DNA of 64,000 bases from an uncultured Candidatus Rokubacteria bacterium (GCA_963805625.1 CAWDVE010000016.1:64001-128000), one strand, 5' to 3'; positions 8,932 to 19,562 are shown, numbered from the stretch's first letter. The notes: generated from the letters alone by a model not told the origin. Translations and numbers: made by a program.

Positions 8932-10919
8932 GACTGAAGGAAGACGGCCTGACGTGCCTGGCCGTGATCTCCCTGGTGATCCTGCTGCGAACCGCCTCGA
9001 CCGGGTATGAGCTGCAGACCGACAGGGAGCTCTCGAGTGCCGCATTCCGGATTAGTGGCATCTCATCGACCCTCGAGACCCTCTACGGAATTCGGCCGAC
9101 GGACACGTTCGTTGGTCAGCGCTCACTCCTCCGTTCGGAGCGAATGACGCCGGAGGACTGGATCGCGGAGGGCGGCCGCGACGAGGATGAACCGCTCTGG
9201 CGCGTCCTCAACCACTTCTACGACCCGTACCACGACGAGCCCCTCGGGGTCCTGGGCGGCGCCCGCGCGCCGGACTGGGCGCTCGAGGATCGCGGCGACT
9301 TCCTGACGCAGCGCCACTCGTACAAGGACGCGCGCGTCGCCTTCTACCAGGGTCTCACCGCGTCAGCCCCGGGCAGTCGCGAGCACGCATGGGCCCACAC
9401 GTTCTACGCGCTGGGGCACGTCATCCACCTGGTCCAGGACATGGCCCAGCCCCAGCACGTGCGGAACGACGCCCACTTCTTCGTCGCGCCGGCCAAGAGC
9501 TGGATGGAGGCCTATGTCGACGACAACAGACTCCGGTTCGTCCTCACGGGTGCGGCGCTCCCGGCGGTGACTCGCGTCCGGGACCTCTGGGCGAGCGGCG
9601 GCGGCGCCGGGCTCGCGGAGCTCGCCAACGCCCACTTCGTGTCGGCCGGGACCAACTTCACGGCCCTCCGGACGGGGGCGACGGCCGAGCGCTTCCCCAG
9701 CCCGATCCTGGATCTGGCCGACACCAGCGCCCCCGGACCGGCCGACACCTGCAAGGACGGGACGCCCGCCCCCGGGGACGCCCAGCAGCCGCTGACGTTC
9801 TACGGCAACACCTTCGCCGATCCCGCCAGTGGCGCAACGCTGCGGAACGCGCGGATGACGACCCATTCGATCTTCGACCAGTACCTCCACGCGCGCGGGC
9901 TGGCCCCCATCTTCGCGCTGAACTGCTTCAACCTGGACGCCGCTGCGGACCTCCTCTTGCCGCGCGCCGTCGCCTACTCGGCCGCGCTCTTGCGCCACTT
10001 CTTCCGCGGCGATCTGGAGGTACGCACCGAGGCCGGTTCCGAGGGGTACGTCCTGCGCGTCACGAATCGCACGCCGGGCGAGGCGCTGAGCGGCGCCCTT
10101 ACCCTCCACTACGAGTCGTCCGACGGGACCCGCAAGCTCTGGCACCGCTGGGAGGCGCTGACCCTCGTGCCCGACCAGACGAGCGACCCCCTGCTCCTGC
10201 CCACCCCGCCACCGGATCAGGCCGAGCCGGGCCGCTACCTCCTCGTCTTCCGCGGCCAGCTCGGCGAGGAGCCCGGTGCGGTCGTGGCGCGCTGGATCGG
10301 CGTCGGCGTCTACTTCGTCGAGCTCTGGTACGACGACTACTATCGCCAGTACGACACCTCCTATCCGGCCGAGGGCGGCATCGTGGATTTCGTCCCCGTC
10401 CCGCTCCTGCCCTGGTGGGACAACGCGCTCTCCGTCACCGCGTACGCCTCCCACACCATGTGGCGCTTCTACTGCTGCGACGACGCGTATCACGGCGGCG
10501 GGGGCGAATCGCACGCCGCCGACGTAACCGACGTGCTCACGCCTCCCGGTCTCCTTCCCGGGAGCGCGGCCACCCTCCGCTTCCACGGCCGCTGCTACGG
10601 CGGCGGCGGGATCGAGCCGGTCGTGGCCGACCTGGTCGCGCTCGAGCTCCCGCGCGACCTCGCCGCGCTCGAGGCGCTCACCTGGTCCACGCAGCCTGCG
10701 GTGGCGAGGGTGCTCCACCGGGTCAGCAGCCTCGCCTGGGACTGGTCCGGCGCCGAGACGGCGACCGTCGACCTCGGCGGCGCGACCTTCCTCGGGCTCC
10801 GGTTGGTCAGCGTGCCGGTGGCGACCCCGCCCCCACCACCCACTCCGTTTCCGCCCTTCACGACCAGCTCCGCCGAGTGCCGGATGGACATGCGCATTCA
10901 GCCCCAGCCCCCGTCCTGA
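8928..10919 (+). CDS. Secreted Zn-dependent phospholipase C/S1-P1 nuclease-like protein with a C-terminal extension
   Basis: ATGA overlap, signal peptide, and metal-ligand patterns NHFYDP, LGHVIHLVQDMAQPQHVRNDAH, MEAY. Confidence 0.7.
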   Translation: MRLKEDGLTCLAVISLVILLRTASTGYELQTDRELSSAAFRISGISSTLETLYGIRPTDTFVGQRSLLRSERMTPEDWIAEGGRDEDEPLWRVLNHFYDPYHDEPLGVLGGARAPDWALEDRGDFLTQRHSYKDARVAFYQGLTASAPGSREHAWAHTFYALGHVIHLVQDMAQPQHVRNDAHFFVAPAKSWMEAYVDDNRLRFVLTGAALPAVTRVRDLWASGGGAGLAELANAHFVSAGTNFTALRTGATAERFPSPILDLADTSAPGPADTCKDGTPAPGDAQQPLTFYGNTFADPASGATLRNARMTTHSIFDQYLHARGLAPIFALNCFNLDAAADLLLPRAVAYSAALLRHFFRGDLEVRTEAGSEGYVLRVTNRTPGEALSGALTLHYESSDGTRKLWHRWEALTLVPDQTSDPLLLPTPPPDQAEPGRYLLVFRGQLGEEPGAVVARWIGVGVYFVELWYDDYYRQYDTSYPAEGGIVDFVPVPLLPWWDNALSVTAYASHTMWRFYCCDDAYHGGGGESHAADVTDVLTPPGLLPGSAATLRFHGRCYGGGGIEPVVADLVALELPRDLAALEALTWSTQPAVARVLHRVSSLAWDWSGAETATVDLGGATFLGLRLVSVPVATPPPPPTPFPPFTTSSAECRMDMRIQPQPPS

Positions 10920-10986
10920 CATCACGGCGGCGGGGTTCGGCTGCCAGCGCACCGAGGCCGGCGCCGTTCGCGCACATGTCCAGCCC

Positions 10987-11350
10987 TCAGCCGCGTTCTT
11001 TTGGCGACTCCATCGTGCGATCGAGGAGGCGGTGCCAGAACGTCGGGACGTCGACGCCGGGGGCGCCCTCCACCGTGCCCAGGCTCAGGAGATCGTGGTC
11101 GGCGGTGACGAGCCATTCCGCCGCCCCGGCGACGGCGCACTCCAGGAACTTGTCGTCGTCGGGGTCTCGGCTCCCCCGGATTCGCCTGGATGGCGTCACG
11201 AGCGTCGCTCGCCGGCGGAGCAGGGCCATCAGGGCGCGTGCCTCAAGGACGGTGATCTGAAGCTTGCGGAGCACCTCCGGCCGCCGCAGGACGGCGTCGA
11301 CCTCGGCGAGGATCGGTTCCGACGCAAGCAGAGTGAACCGGCCGTCGACG
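10987..11350 (-). pseudogene. PIN-domain toxin (TIGR00305-like), N-terminally truncated
   Basis: SEPILAEV...RDPDDDKFLECAVAGAAEWLVTADHDLL. The N-terminal DTN motif is missing. Confidence 0.8.
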
Positions 11351-11501
11351 GTGCCCACGAAGCCCGTCCCGGCGAGCAGGCAGCCCGTCCGGCTCTCGAC
11401 GTTCGGCCGGGGCAACTCGCTGGCTGGCTCGACGATGTGCGCTCTGTCAACGGGTGCTGATGCCCGCGCCGGTGAAGCTCCTCTTCGTGGAGGGCTAAAT
11501 T

Positions 11502-13803
11502 CAGGGCTCCTGACATGAGCCTCGCATGAGGTCAATTTTCCTGGGCTCCCGTGAGACGATGCGTAATAATACGTGCATCCTCTCAATGGGAGGTGACCGA
11601 TGCCGACCCAGTTGCACCTGCCGGTCCAACCCGCTGGGGCTCGGGAGATCAATGCTGTGGTCGCGATGGTCGAGCGGGACGAGCAGGTCGCGTACTTCGC
11701 CTCGGGCGTGCCGCTGTTCATCCATCGGGCCGATGACCCCGTCGGGCGCCGCGTGGCGGCCGGCCAGATGATCGCGTTGGGCCTGGCGCGGCAAGACGAA
11801 CTCAGTGCGGTGCTGCACGTCAATCGCACCACGCTCTACCGGCAGCAGCGCCGGCTCCAGGCCCACGGGGTGCTGGGCGTGGTCGACGGCCAGCGCGGGC
11901 CGCGCGGCCCGCATCGGTTCACCGCCGAGAAGCGCCAGCGCGTGGCGGCGTTGCTCGAGGCCGGGCGGTCGATCCGGCGCGCCGCGGAACAGGTCGGCGT
12001 GACCGAAGGCACGATTCGCCATGCGTTGCGCCGGGGCGAGCTGCGAGGGGCGCCGCCACCCGCCGCGCCCTGTACTGGGACCGCGGACGCGGAGCGAGCG
12101 GGCTGTGCGGGCCGCTGGCGGCGTGGCCGTCCAGCGCCACACCGAGCGCGCCCTGGCCCGGCTGGGCCAGTTGACGGAAGCGGCACCGCGCTTCGTCGCG
12201 GCCGAGGCGGTGCGCTCTGGCGGGGTCATGCTGGCCCTGCCGGCCGTGCTCACGCTCGGGCTGCTGGACGCGGGGCAGCAGGTCTACGGGGCCTTGAAGC
12301 ACGGCTTCTATGGGCTGCAGGCCACGCTGCTGTGCTTGACCTTCATGGCGCTGCTGCGGATTCGGACCCCCGAGCAACTGCAGGGGCAGCCCCCCGGGGA
12401 ATTGGGCGATCCTGCTCGGCCTCGACCGGGCGCCCGAGGTCAAGACCTTGCGGCGCAAGCTCGGGGAGTTGGCGGCCCGCCGGCAGGCCACGCCGTTCAG
12501 TCAGCGGCTGGCCGAGCGCTGGGTCCGCGACCAGGCGGACGCTGTCGGGCTCCTCTACGTCGACGGCCATGTGCGGCCCTATCACGGGACCACCCATACG
12601 CTGCCGGAGACATACGTGACGCGTCGCCGCCTTTGCATGCCGGCGACGACCGACCTCTGGGTTCAGCAGCAGGATGCCCAGCCGCTGTTCGTGGTGACGG
12701 CGCCGGCCAACGACGATCTCCTGGCGATGCTGCGCACGCAGATCCTGCCCGAGGTCCGCCGCCTGGTGGGCGAGCGCCGCGTGACCGTCTGCTTCGATCG
12801 CGAGGGCTGGAGTCCGAAGTTCTTCCGCGAGTGCCACCCGCAAGGCTTTGACGTCCTCACCTATCGGAAAGGCCCCTACGCCGCCTGGCGCCGCGCGCGC
12901 CTTCCGGCCGATCACGGCGACCGTGGACGGGCGCGAGATCCGCTACACCCTGGCCGAGCGGAGCGTGGAGGTGCTGCCGGACTTCCGGATGCGCGAGGTG
13001 CGCCGCCTGTGCGACAACGGGCACCAGACGGCGATCCTGACCACGCGGCAGGATCTGCCCATCGCGGTCGTGGCCTATCGGATGTTCGAGCGGTGGACGC
13101 AGGAGAACTTCTTCCGGTACATGCGGCAGCACTTCGCGCTGGACGCCCTGGTGACGTACGCGGTGGAGCCGGCAGACCCCGACCGCACGATCCCGAACCC
13201 CGAGCGCAAGGCGCTGCGGAAGCAGCTGACCGAGGGCCGGACGACCCTCAAGGCTCTGGAACAGGCGCTAGGGGCACGCGGCCCGGACGAATCCCGAGGG
13301 CCGGCGGCCGACCATGCGCGGCTTCAAGATCGCGCACGGCGCCCTCGGCCAGCAGATCCGCGCCCAGGCGCACGCGTGCCGAGCGCTCCAGGCCCGGATC
13401 GCGGCGCTGCCGGAACGCGTGCCGGTCAAGGCGGTGCGTGGAGGAGGCCGAGATCGTCACGCTCGCGCCGGAGGCCAAGCACCTGACCGACACCATCAAG
13501 ATGGTCGCGTACCGGGCGGAGACGGCTCTGGTGCGATGTCTCGCGCCGCACTACGCCAAGACCGAGGATGAGGGCCGGGCGCTCATCCGTGAACTGCTGT
13601 CGTCGAGCGCGGACATCGTCCCGGAAGCTCAGCGCCTGCGGATCCGACTGCATTCCCTGGCCAACCCTCGCAGCAACCAGGCTCTGGCTCACGTCTGTGC
13701 GACACTCAACGCCCTGGAGCTTCAGTACCCAGGAACGACGCTGACCCTGGTATATGAGGCCCCAGGCGTTGCATAGATTCCTACGCCCATGTCAGGAGCC
13801 CTG
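11502..13803 (+). mobile_element. Insertion sequence, 2302 bp, DDE type (IS4/IS1634-like, family uncertain)
   Basis: 19-bp terminal IRs CAGGGCTCCTGACATG(A/G)GC at 11502-11520 and 13785-13803. 5-bp target duplication AAATT at 11497-11501 and 13804-13808. Confidence 0.92.
11600..13776 (+). pseudogene. Transposase with N-terminal HTHs, interrupted by about 5 frameshifts
   Basis: Pieces in alternating frames: HTH, LYVDGH, FDREGWS, ERWTQENFFRY. Stop lies just inside the right IR. Confidence 0.85.
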
Positions 13804-13970
13804 AAATTAGTAGGAAGAGGAGGGTCTAGCCGGGCCGACAGATGGGCGAGGCGGCGCCGCGACTTCTAGCGCACGGCCGTCCGGAATCTGGTAGAGTCGG
13901 GTGTCCCGCACGGCAGGCTTGCGTGGCGGATGGCGCGTGGGACGAGCGTAAGCGCTCGAAAAACCGCATC

Positions 13971-14048
13971 GGGGTCGTGGTGCAGCCTGGTTAGCACACT
14001 GGCCTGTCAAGCCAGAGGCCGCGGGTTCAAGTCCCGTCGACCCCGCCA
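13971..14048 (+). tRNA. tRNA-Asp (anticodon GTC)
   Basis: Full cloverleaf: acceptor GGGGTCG/CGACCCC, anticodon arm CTGGC-CTGTCAA-GCCAG, T loop TTCAAGT, encoded CCA. Confidence 0.98.
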
Positions 14049-14050
14049 TT

Positions 14051-14089
14051 TGAAACCGCCGGGTTAGCGGTCCCGGCGGTTTCATCTTT
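14051..14089 (+). terminator. Intrinsic terminator after tRNA-Asp
   Basis: TGAAACCGCCGGG-8 nt-CCCGGCGGTTTCA followed by TCTTT. Confidence 0.85.
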
Positions 14090-14925
14090 CTAGCCGGTGC
14101 CCAAATGGTGCCCATCGCGCAGGGCGAGAATAGCCCCGTGATGCCGATCATGACCCCTCCCCAAAGGAGCCGGACCCCTCGAAGGGCCCGCCAGGCCCCA
14201 TCGGTCCCTCTAATTACGTTCTGCAACCGGCGTCGGGGGTGCTACAGATATCTCCGAGCTATGTCAACCTGACAACGTCGACCGGCCCGCTAGCCAGCAT
14301 TCCCGAACAGTACCAACCAGCCAAGTCGGCTCCTCAGAAGCCGGGCCTCACCGCAGAGGAACAGCGCCTGGTTAGCTTTCTTCAGCCTACAGTGGCGGCG
14401 AACGCCGGAGTTGCACTCGCCCGATCGGGAAACTCCGAGCCCCCTTTCGTGCCGACACATGCGAAACATTCATTCTGGCGGCAGACTTGCGGCGCTCAAC
14501 GGACTTGATGCTCAAGGCTACCTCTCCGAATGCGTTCGGCACATTCATAGCGGACATAGCGGAGCTCATGGAGGGTTTGCGCAAGGTCATCGTCGGAAAT
14601 CATGGTGTGCTGGACAAATTGCTGGCACCGGGGACAGTGCACCCTGAGCGTCTCGCGATTCCGGATTAGGTCTGGCCGGCCAGGATCGGCGTCCCGGCAC
14701 CCTGGGGCCGCCGCCGGAGCTGGGCATCCCGACGTCCTCCGGGGAACCCGGCCATCCTGACCCTAGCAGGAAGGCGGTCACGCGCGCCAGACGGGTCCTG
14801 GGTTCGCTGATACACTGAAGGCGCCCGATGTTCATTCTCCCAATGCTCAGCACCACCGTCGGCGACCCATCCCGCCCCGAGCTCCGACCCCCTTGGGCCG
14901 GCGGGTTTGAGACGTGGCGAGGCTT

Positions 14926-15678
14926 ATGACCCATCGGACTCGCTGGCTCGTGGGGGGAATCGCGCTCACCCTCGGGGTCGCCATGGTCGGCCTCACCCTC
15001 TGGGTCCGTCTCGCCGACAGCCCAAGCGTCCGCATGCTTCTGCGGCTCTGTCGGAATCCCGAGACCTTGCGAGCGGCCCTCCAAGGCTGGGGCGTCTTCG
15101 CCCCGCTGGTCTTCATCGGGATTCAGGCGCTGCAGGTCCTGATCTCGCCCATTCCCGGGGAGTTCACCGGATTCCTCGGCGGGTTCGTCTTCGGTGAGTG
15201 GCTCGGCCTCGGCTACTCCATGCTCGGTCTCACGGCGGGCTCGCTTCTCGCGTTTGGCGTGGGCCGGTGGCTCGGGGCGGCCTTTGTCCAGCGCCTGGTG
15301 AGCCCGGCGGCCTGGGTGCGCCTGGGGTTCGTTGTCGAGGCGGAAGGCGCCATCCTGTGCTTTCTCCTCTACCTGATCCCAGGACTTCCCAAGGACCTCC
15401 TGTGTTACCTCTTCGGCCTCAGTCCGATGCCGTTCTGGCTGTTTGCCGTGACCTCCACCCTCGGACGTTTGCCTGGGACCTGGGTTCTCTCGGCCGAGGG
15501 CGCGACGACCGCGACCGGGCACTATGTGGAGATGGCGTTCGTCATGGGGATCGTCGTGGCGATGGGTGTGCCGCTCTACGCGGCCCGGCATCGCATCCTG
15601 GCCCGATGCAGCCGTCGCCTGGCTCCGTCCACCGCCCGCGGAGACCGGTCAATGACGGGCGCCGAGACAAAACACTAG
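14926..15678 (+). CDS. TVP38/TMEM64 (VTT/DedA) family membrane protein
   Basis: QALQVLISPIPGE, LIPGLPKDLLCY, GRLPG, with multiple TM segments. Confidence 0.9.
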   Translation: MTHRTRWLVGGIALTLGVAMVGLTLWVRLADSPSVRMLLRLCRNPETLRAALQGWGVFAPLVFIGIQALQVLISPIPGEFTGFLGGFVFGEWLGLGYSMLGLTAGSLLAFGVGRWLGAAFVQRLVSPAAWVRLGFVVEAEGAILCFLLYLIPGLPKDLLCYLFGLSPMPFWLFAVTSTLGRLPGTWVLSAEGATTATGHYVEMAFVMGIVVAMGVPLYAARHRILARCSRRLAPSTARGDRSMTGAETKH

Positions 15679-16043
15679 GGCTCCCGCCCGCCGCGCGTCC
15701 TTAGACCGCTGAAGTCGCTCTGTACGTGGGGTCTGAGGGTTTCTGGAGGTGGGCTGCGGACCCGGCCGGACGCCGGCGCCGAGCCCCCATAAGCGCCGCC
15801 ACCGCCCAGAGCCTCCGGCGAGGATAGGGCCGCATTTCGCGCGCGCCCGTCTGCCATTGCCGGACCCCCGGCACCGCCCAGAGCCGGGCGAACAGGCGGG
15901 AGTGGTCCGTATAGACCGCGGGCATGGCGCCGTCGTGCCACTCGCCAATACCGGCCCGGGATGATCGGCCAGCCTTCGGCGTCGAGGCGGACCCGGTAGC
16001 GATGCGGGGACGCGAGCGCCGTCAGGGCCTGGCGGGGGGACAT
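15675..16043 (-). pseudogene. Frameshifted mobile-element-associated hypothetical gene
   Basis: RYRVRLDAEGWPIIPGRY continues in another frame as AVYTDHSRLFARLWAVPGVRQWQTG. Adjacent to the integrase remnant. Confidence 0.45.
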
Positions 16044-16296
16044 GGCGCGGACCGGTTAAGACCGCGAATGAAGGCTCCGGGGTGCACGATGGGTCCTGCG
16101 CGCGAACGATGCCCCGGGGGCGGGGTGTCCACGTCCCCGGGGGTCTCCAGGGGCCGGTGATCCTCGGGCGGCGCCCCGGGGTAGGGGTGGAGAGCCCCAT
16201 CCGAGGCGTTCGGTGCCGGGTGAACCGGCAGCCGCACAGTTGGCGCACACGCGGAGGACTCCGCCTCTAGTCACTGGTACTTGCGCCGGCCCACTG

Positions 16297-16454
16297 GATT
16301 CCCACGCCAGCGACCCTCGACGCCAGCCGGTCAGGTAGGCGAAGTCGAGCAAGTCCTGATAGTCAGGACGGAGATGCGCGCGGACGGCCAGATAGTCGCA
16401 GTGCTCGAAGAAACCCTGACGAGGTGGCGCCTCTTCAAGCTTCGCGATGTGCGG
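16297..16454 (-). pseudogene. Tyrosine integrase fragment
   Basis: PHIAKLEEAPPRQGFFEHCDYLAVRAHLRPDYQDLLDFAYLTGWRRG, including the catalytic Arg box I. Confidence 0.85.
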
Positions 16455-16503
16455 TTGCCAGATGCCTAATGGAATCGGGGAGACGGCGACTTCGCGAGAA
16501 GGG

Positions 16504-17034
16504 TCAGGGTCGGCTGAGGTGCATCTCGAGGAGATTGCCGATGATCTCCGAGAGGCCGTAGACGAGCGTGAGTCGGTTCTGGACGTTCCCCGACTGAATG
16601 TCCAGGGCCGCGCGCTCTAGGGAAGTGAGCTCCTGCAAGGCCTCGTCGCCCGTAACCTTCCCCGAGACGGAGAGCTTCACGACCTGAGGCCCGGCCGCAG
16701 TGGTGATCTGGGTGGCGAACTTCGGATTGTTGACCGTGATCGCGCGGTTACCGTCGATCCGGGCGGGTAGGATGACGCCCAGGACCTGGAGCGATCCTTG
16801 GGGGGCGCGCAATACTTCCTGGTGCATCCTGAGCCACCCGGCCGTGTCGTAAATCTCCGCCACGAGGATGATGTCGACGTCGGGCAGATCAGACTTGGCG
16901 TACGCGGCTGACGCTCCGGCGAGAGATACGGCCATCACCGCCAGGAGGAGCGTGACGCGTCCTCGTCCCGTCAGTAGCGCGGCTGCCTTGCCGAAGTCGA
17001 GCCGGAGCGCGGGGGCCATGAAACGCAGGTTCAC
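16504..17034 (-). CDS. Hypothetical exported protein
   Basis: GAGGAGG RBS, signal-like LLLAVMAVSLAGASAAYA, globular composition. Start uncertain. Confidence 0.6.
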   Translation of the reverse strand: MNLRFMAPALRLDFGKAAALLTGRGRVTLLLAVMAVSLAGASAAYAKSDLPDVDIILVAEIYDTAGWLRMHQEVLRAPQGSLQVLGVILPARIDGNRAITVNNPKFATQITTAAGPQVVKLSVSGKVTGDEALQELTSLERAALDIQSGNVQNRLTLVYGLSEIIGNLLEMHLSRP

Positions 17035-17706
17035 TCACCTCCTCTCGGCACGCATGCAAGAGGAAGGCCTGCGTGGGAACGATTCGGAACCTACTGTCTG
17101 ACGCGGCCTGAGCCTGCCCTCCCGGCGATCGCCCCTCCGCGCGGCGCCCGATCGCTGACAATTTGCGGCACTCGTGTCACGCTAGCGTCACACGTCGGGC
17201 GTGGCCAGACAGGCGAGTCCTACGGCTGTTCAAGCGGCTGGGATCATCCCTTGGAACTGTCGGGTAAAGCGTCCCGGACCCGTCGGGGACACCAGCATCG
17301 GCGCGGGCCGCTGACTTCCGACGACCGGGGGCGGCAGCTCCAAGCGACGTCAAAGCAAGGGCGCCGATGCGGGCCGCCGGACCGGCCTGCAAGCTCTGCT
17401 TCTGACCGGAGCGGTGGTCGTCTCGTACCCGGGCCGGCTGCGGGCAGCCCCAGGCCGGCGCGTCCCGAGAAGTGTGACGTCCTGGTGGCAGGGCCCAAGA
17501 GTGTGGAGAGCGGTGCTGCTGAAGATCAGGACCTTGTGGGGAGCGGTCTAGGCTAATAGGTTGATTCCAAGACAGGAAGGGAGGTTCAAGACAGCCGCTC
17601 CAGGGCCCTCCAGCCTGCAACGGGCTATTTCCATCGAGGTCGGGCCGCTGCTCGTGCTGGCGGAGCGCCCCGCGTGGCCCGGGGGCTGGGGTCGGAGGGC
17701 TGTTGG

Positions 17707-18600
17707 CTACAGGCGCGAGCGAGCCATCGGGTCAAGCAGGTCGCGCAACCCGTCCCCGAGCATGTTGAAGCCCAACACGGCCAGGAAGATCATCGTCGCA
17801 GGTGCCAGCACGAACCACGGTGCGATCTCAAGATACTGAAAGCCGATCTGCACCATCGAACCCCAGGCGGGCGTGGGTGGCTGCGCCCCCAGGCCGATGA
17901 AGCTGAGACTCGATTCGATGATGATGGCGAAGCCGACGCCCAGCGACGCCTGCACGATCACCGGATCGACGACGTTGGGCAGAACGTGCCGCGCCAGGAT
18001 CAGCCGAGTCGGTACGCCCAGAGCGTGTGCGGCTTGGACATACTCGGTGTGCTTGACCGACAGCACCTGGCCGCGCACCAGGCGCGTGAAGATGGGCACC
18101 AGCACGATCGCGATGGCGATCATGCCGTTGATCAGGCCCAGGCGCAGCACGGCGGCGATGGTCAGTGCTAGCACCAGGGCGGGCAGGGCCATGACGCTGT
18201 CGAGCAAGCGCATCAGCGCCTCGTCCACCGTCGCGCCCAGATAGCCCGTGATCAGCCCCAATGGTACGCCGGCGGCCAGGGCGAGCAGCACGGACGTGAC
18301 GCCGATGCCCAGCGATACCCGTGCTCCGTGGAGCAGCCGGCTGAGAAGGTCGCGTCCGAGATCGTCGGTGCCGAGGGGATGCGCGGCGCTGGGACCGGCT
18401 AGCATCGCGCGGTAGTCGATGGCGTTGGGGTCGAACGGTGCCAGCCAGGGCGCGAACAAGGCCATCGCCAGTTCCACGATCACGAGGATCAACCCAGTGA
18501 GGGCCAGCCGATGACGCGCCATGCGACGCATCGCCCCGGCCGGAGGTAGTAGCCGGGTGGTCGTGCGCCTGGCTGGCCCGTCGGCAGCGATCCGCACCAC
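17707..18600 (-). CDS. Peptide/nickel ABC permease (DppC-like)
   Basis: HPLGTDDLGRD, EYVQAAHALG, ILARHVLPN, PTPAWG. Confidence 0.92.
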   Translation of the reverse strand: MVRIAADGPARRTTTRLLPPAGAMRRMARHRLALTGLILVIVELAMALFAPWLAPFDPNAIDYRAMLAGPSAAHPLGTDDLGRDLLSRLLHGARVSLGIGVTSVLLALAAGVPLGLITGYLGATVDEALMRLLDSVMALPALVLALTIAAVLRLGLINGMIAIAIVLVPIFTRLVRGQVLSVKHTEYVQAAHALGVPTRLILARHVLPNVVDPVIVQASLGVGFAIIIESSLSFIGLGAQPPTPAWGSMVQIGFQYLEIAPWFVLAPATMIFLAVLGFNMLGDGLRDLLDPMARSRL

Positions 18601-18608
18601 GCTCCGCC

Positions 18609-19562
18609 TCACGCTTTGCGGATGCGCGGGTCGAGCACGCCATAGGTGAGGTCGACCAAGAGGTTGGCCAGTGTGACGGCCGCCGTAATGAACAGTACGA
18701 CCGCCTGCACCAAGGGATAGTCTCGGCTCAGGATCGAATCGACCATCAACCGACCCACGCCCGGCACGGCGAAAATCGTCTCGGTAATGACGGCGCCGCT
18801 GAACAGGGCGCCGAGCTGGATACCGAGGATCGTCACCACCGGCAGCATCGCGTTCTTGAACGCGTGCGACCGGATCACCCCGCCTTCGCTCAGGCCCTTG
18901 GCGCGGGCGGTCCTGATATAGGCGTGCTGCAGCACATCGATGAAACTGGCGCGGGTCTGGCGTGTGATCGTCGAGGCCAGCCAGAGCGCGAGCGTCAGCG
19001 CCGGCAGGATCGTGGTCTTGACGCTGTGCACCGGATCGATGAAGGGCGAGACGTACCCCGACGCCGGGAGCATGCGCCAGCGCATGGCGACGAAATAGAT
19101 CAACACCCCACCGGTCAGGAAATACGGCATCGCCGCGCCGACCAGGGATCCGATCGTCCCGAGCCAGTCCTTCCACGTACTCTGCTCGGCGGCGCTCACG
19201 ATGCCCACGGGCACCGCGACCAGGATCGCCAACGCCCAGGCGGTCAGCCCGATCTGAGCGGTCGGCAGGATGCGAGGCCGCAGCACGTCCCAGGCCGGCT
19301 GGCGGCTGATGATCGAGCGGCCCAGGTCGCCCGATAGAAGCTTGCCGATCCAGGCGAGGTATTGGAGGTGGATCGGCTGGTCGAGGCCATATTGCCGCCG
19401 CATCTGCTGGACCGCCTCGTTGCTCACGTCCGCGCTGGCCTGGTACACGATCATCAGCACCGGATCACCCGGCAGGAGACGCATCAGCAGGAAAACGATG
19501 ATGCTCGTGAGGAGGATGACGGGAATCGTGGCGAACAGCCGCTGGACGATGTATGTCGCCAC
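18609..19562 (-). CDS. Peptide/nickel ABC permease (DppB-like)
   Basis: LPGDP, GDLGRS, YIRTARAKGL, RDYPLVQ. Confidence 0.93.
   Translation of the reverse strand: MATYIVQRLFATIPVILLTSIIVFLLMRLLPGDPVLMIVYQASADVSNEAVQQMRRQYGLDQPIHLQYLAWIGKLLSGDLGRSIISRQPAWDVLRPRILPTAQIGLTAWALAILVAVPVGIVSAAEQSTWKDWLGTIGSLVGAAMPYFLTGGVLIYFVAMRWRMLPASGYVSPFIDPVHSVKTTILPALTLALWLASTITRQTRASFIDVLQHAYIRTARAKGLSEGGVIRSHAFKNAMLPVVTILGIQLGALFSGAVITETIFAVPGVGRLMVDSILSRDYPLVQAVVLFITAAVTLANLLVDLTYGVLDPRIRKA

Larger units (their letters stand above)
4398..13969. mobile_element. Putative degenerate genomic island bounded by 43-bp tRNA-Asp 5'-half repeats
   Basis: Direct repeats at both ends. Cargo of TA genes, pseudogenes and an IS. 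Arm-like repeat CGGGCAT at 4503 and 4515. No intact integrase. Confidence 0.55.

Noticed and set aside
11600-13776. Programmed frameshifting in the transposase
   Set aside because: About five shifts and no canonical slippery heptamer seen. Error or decay is more plausible.
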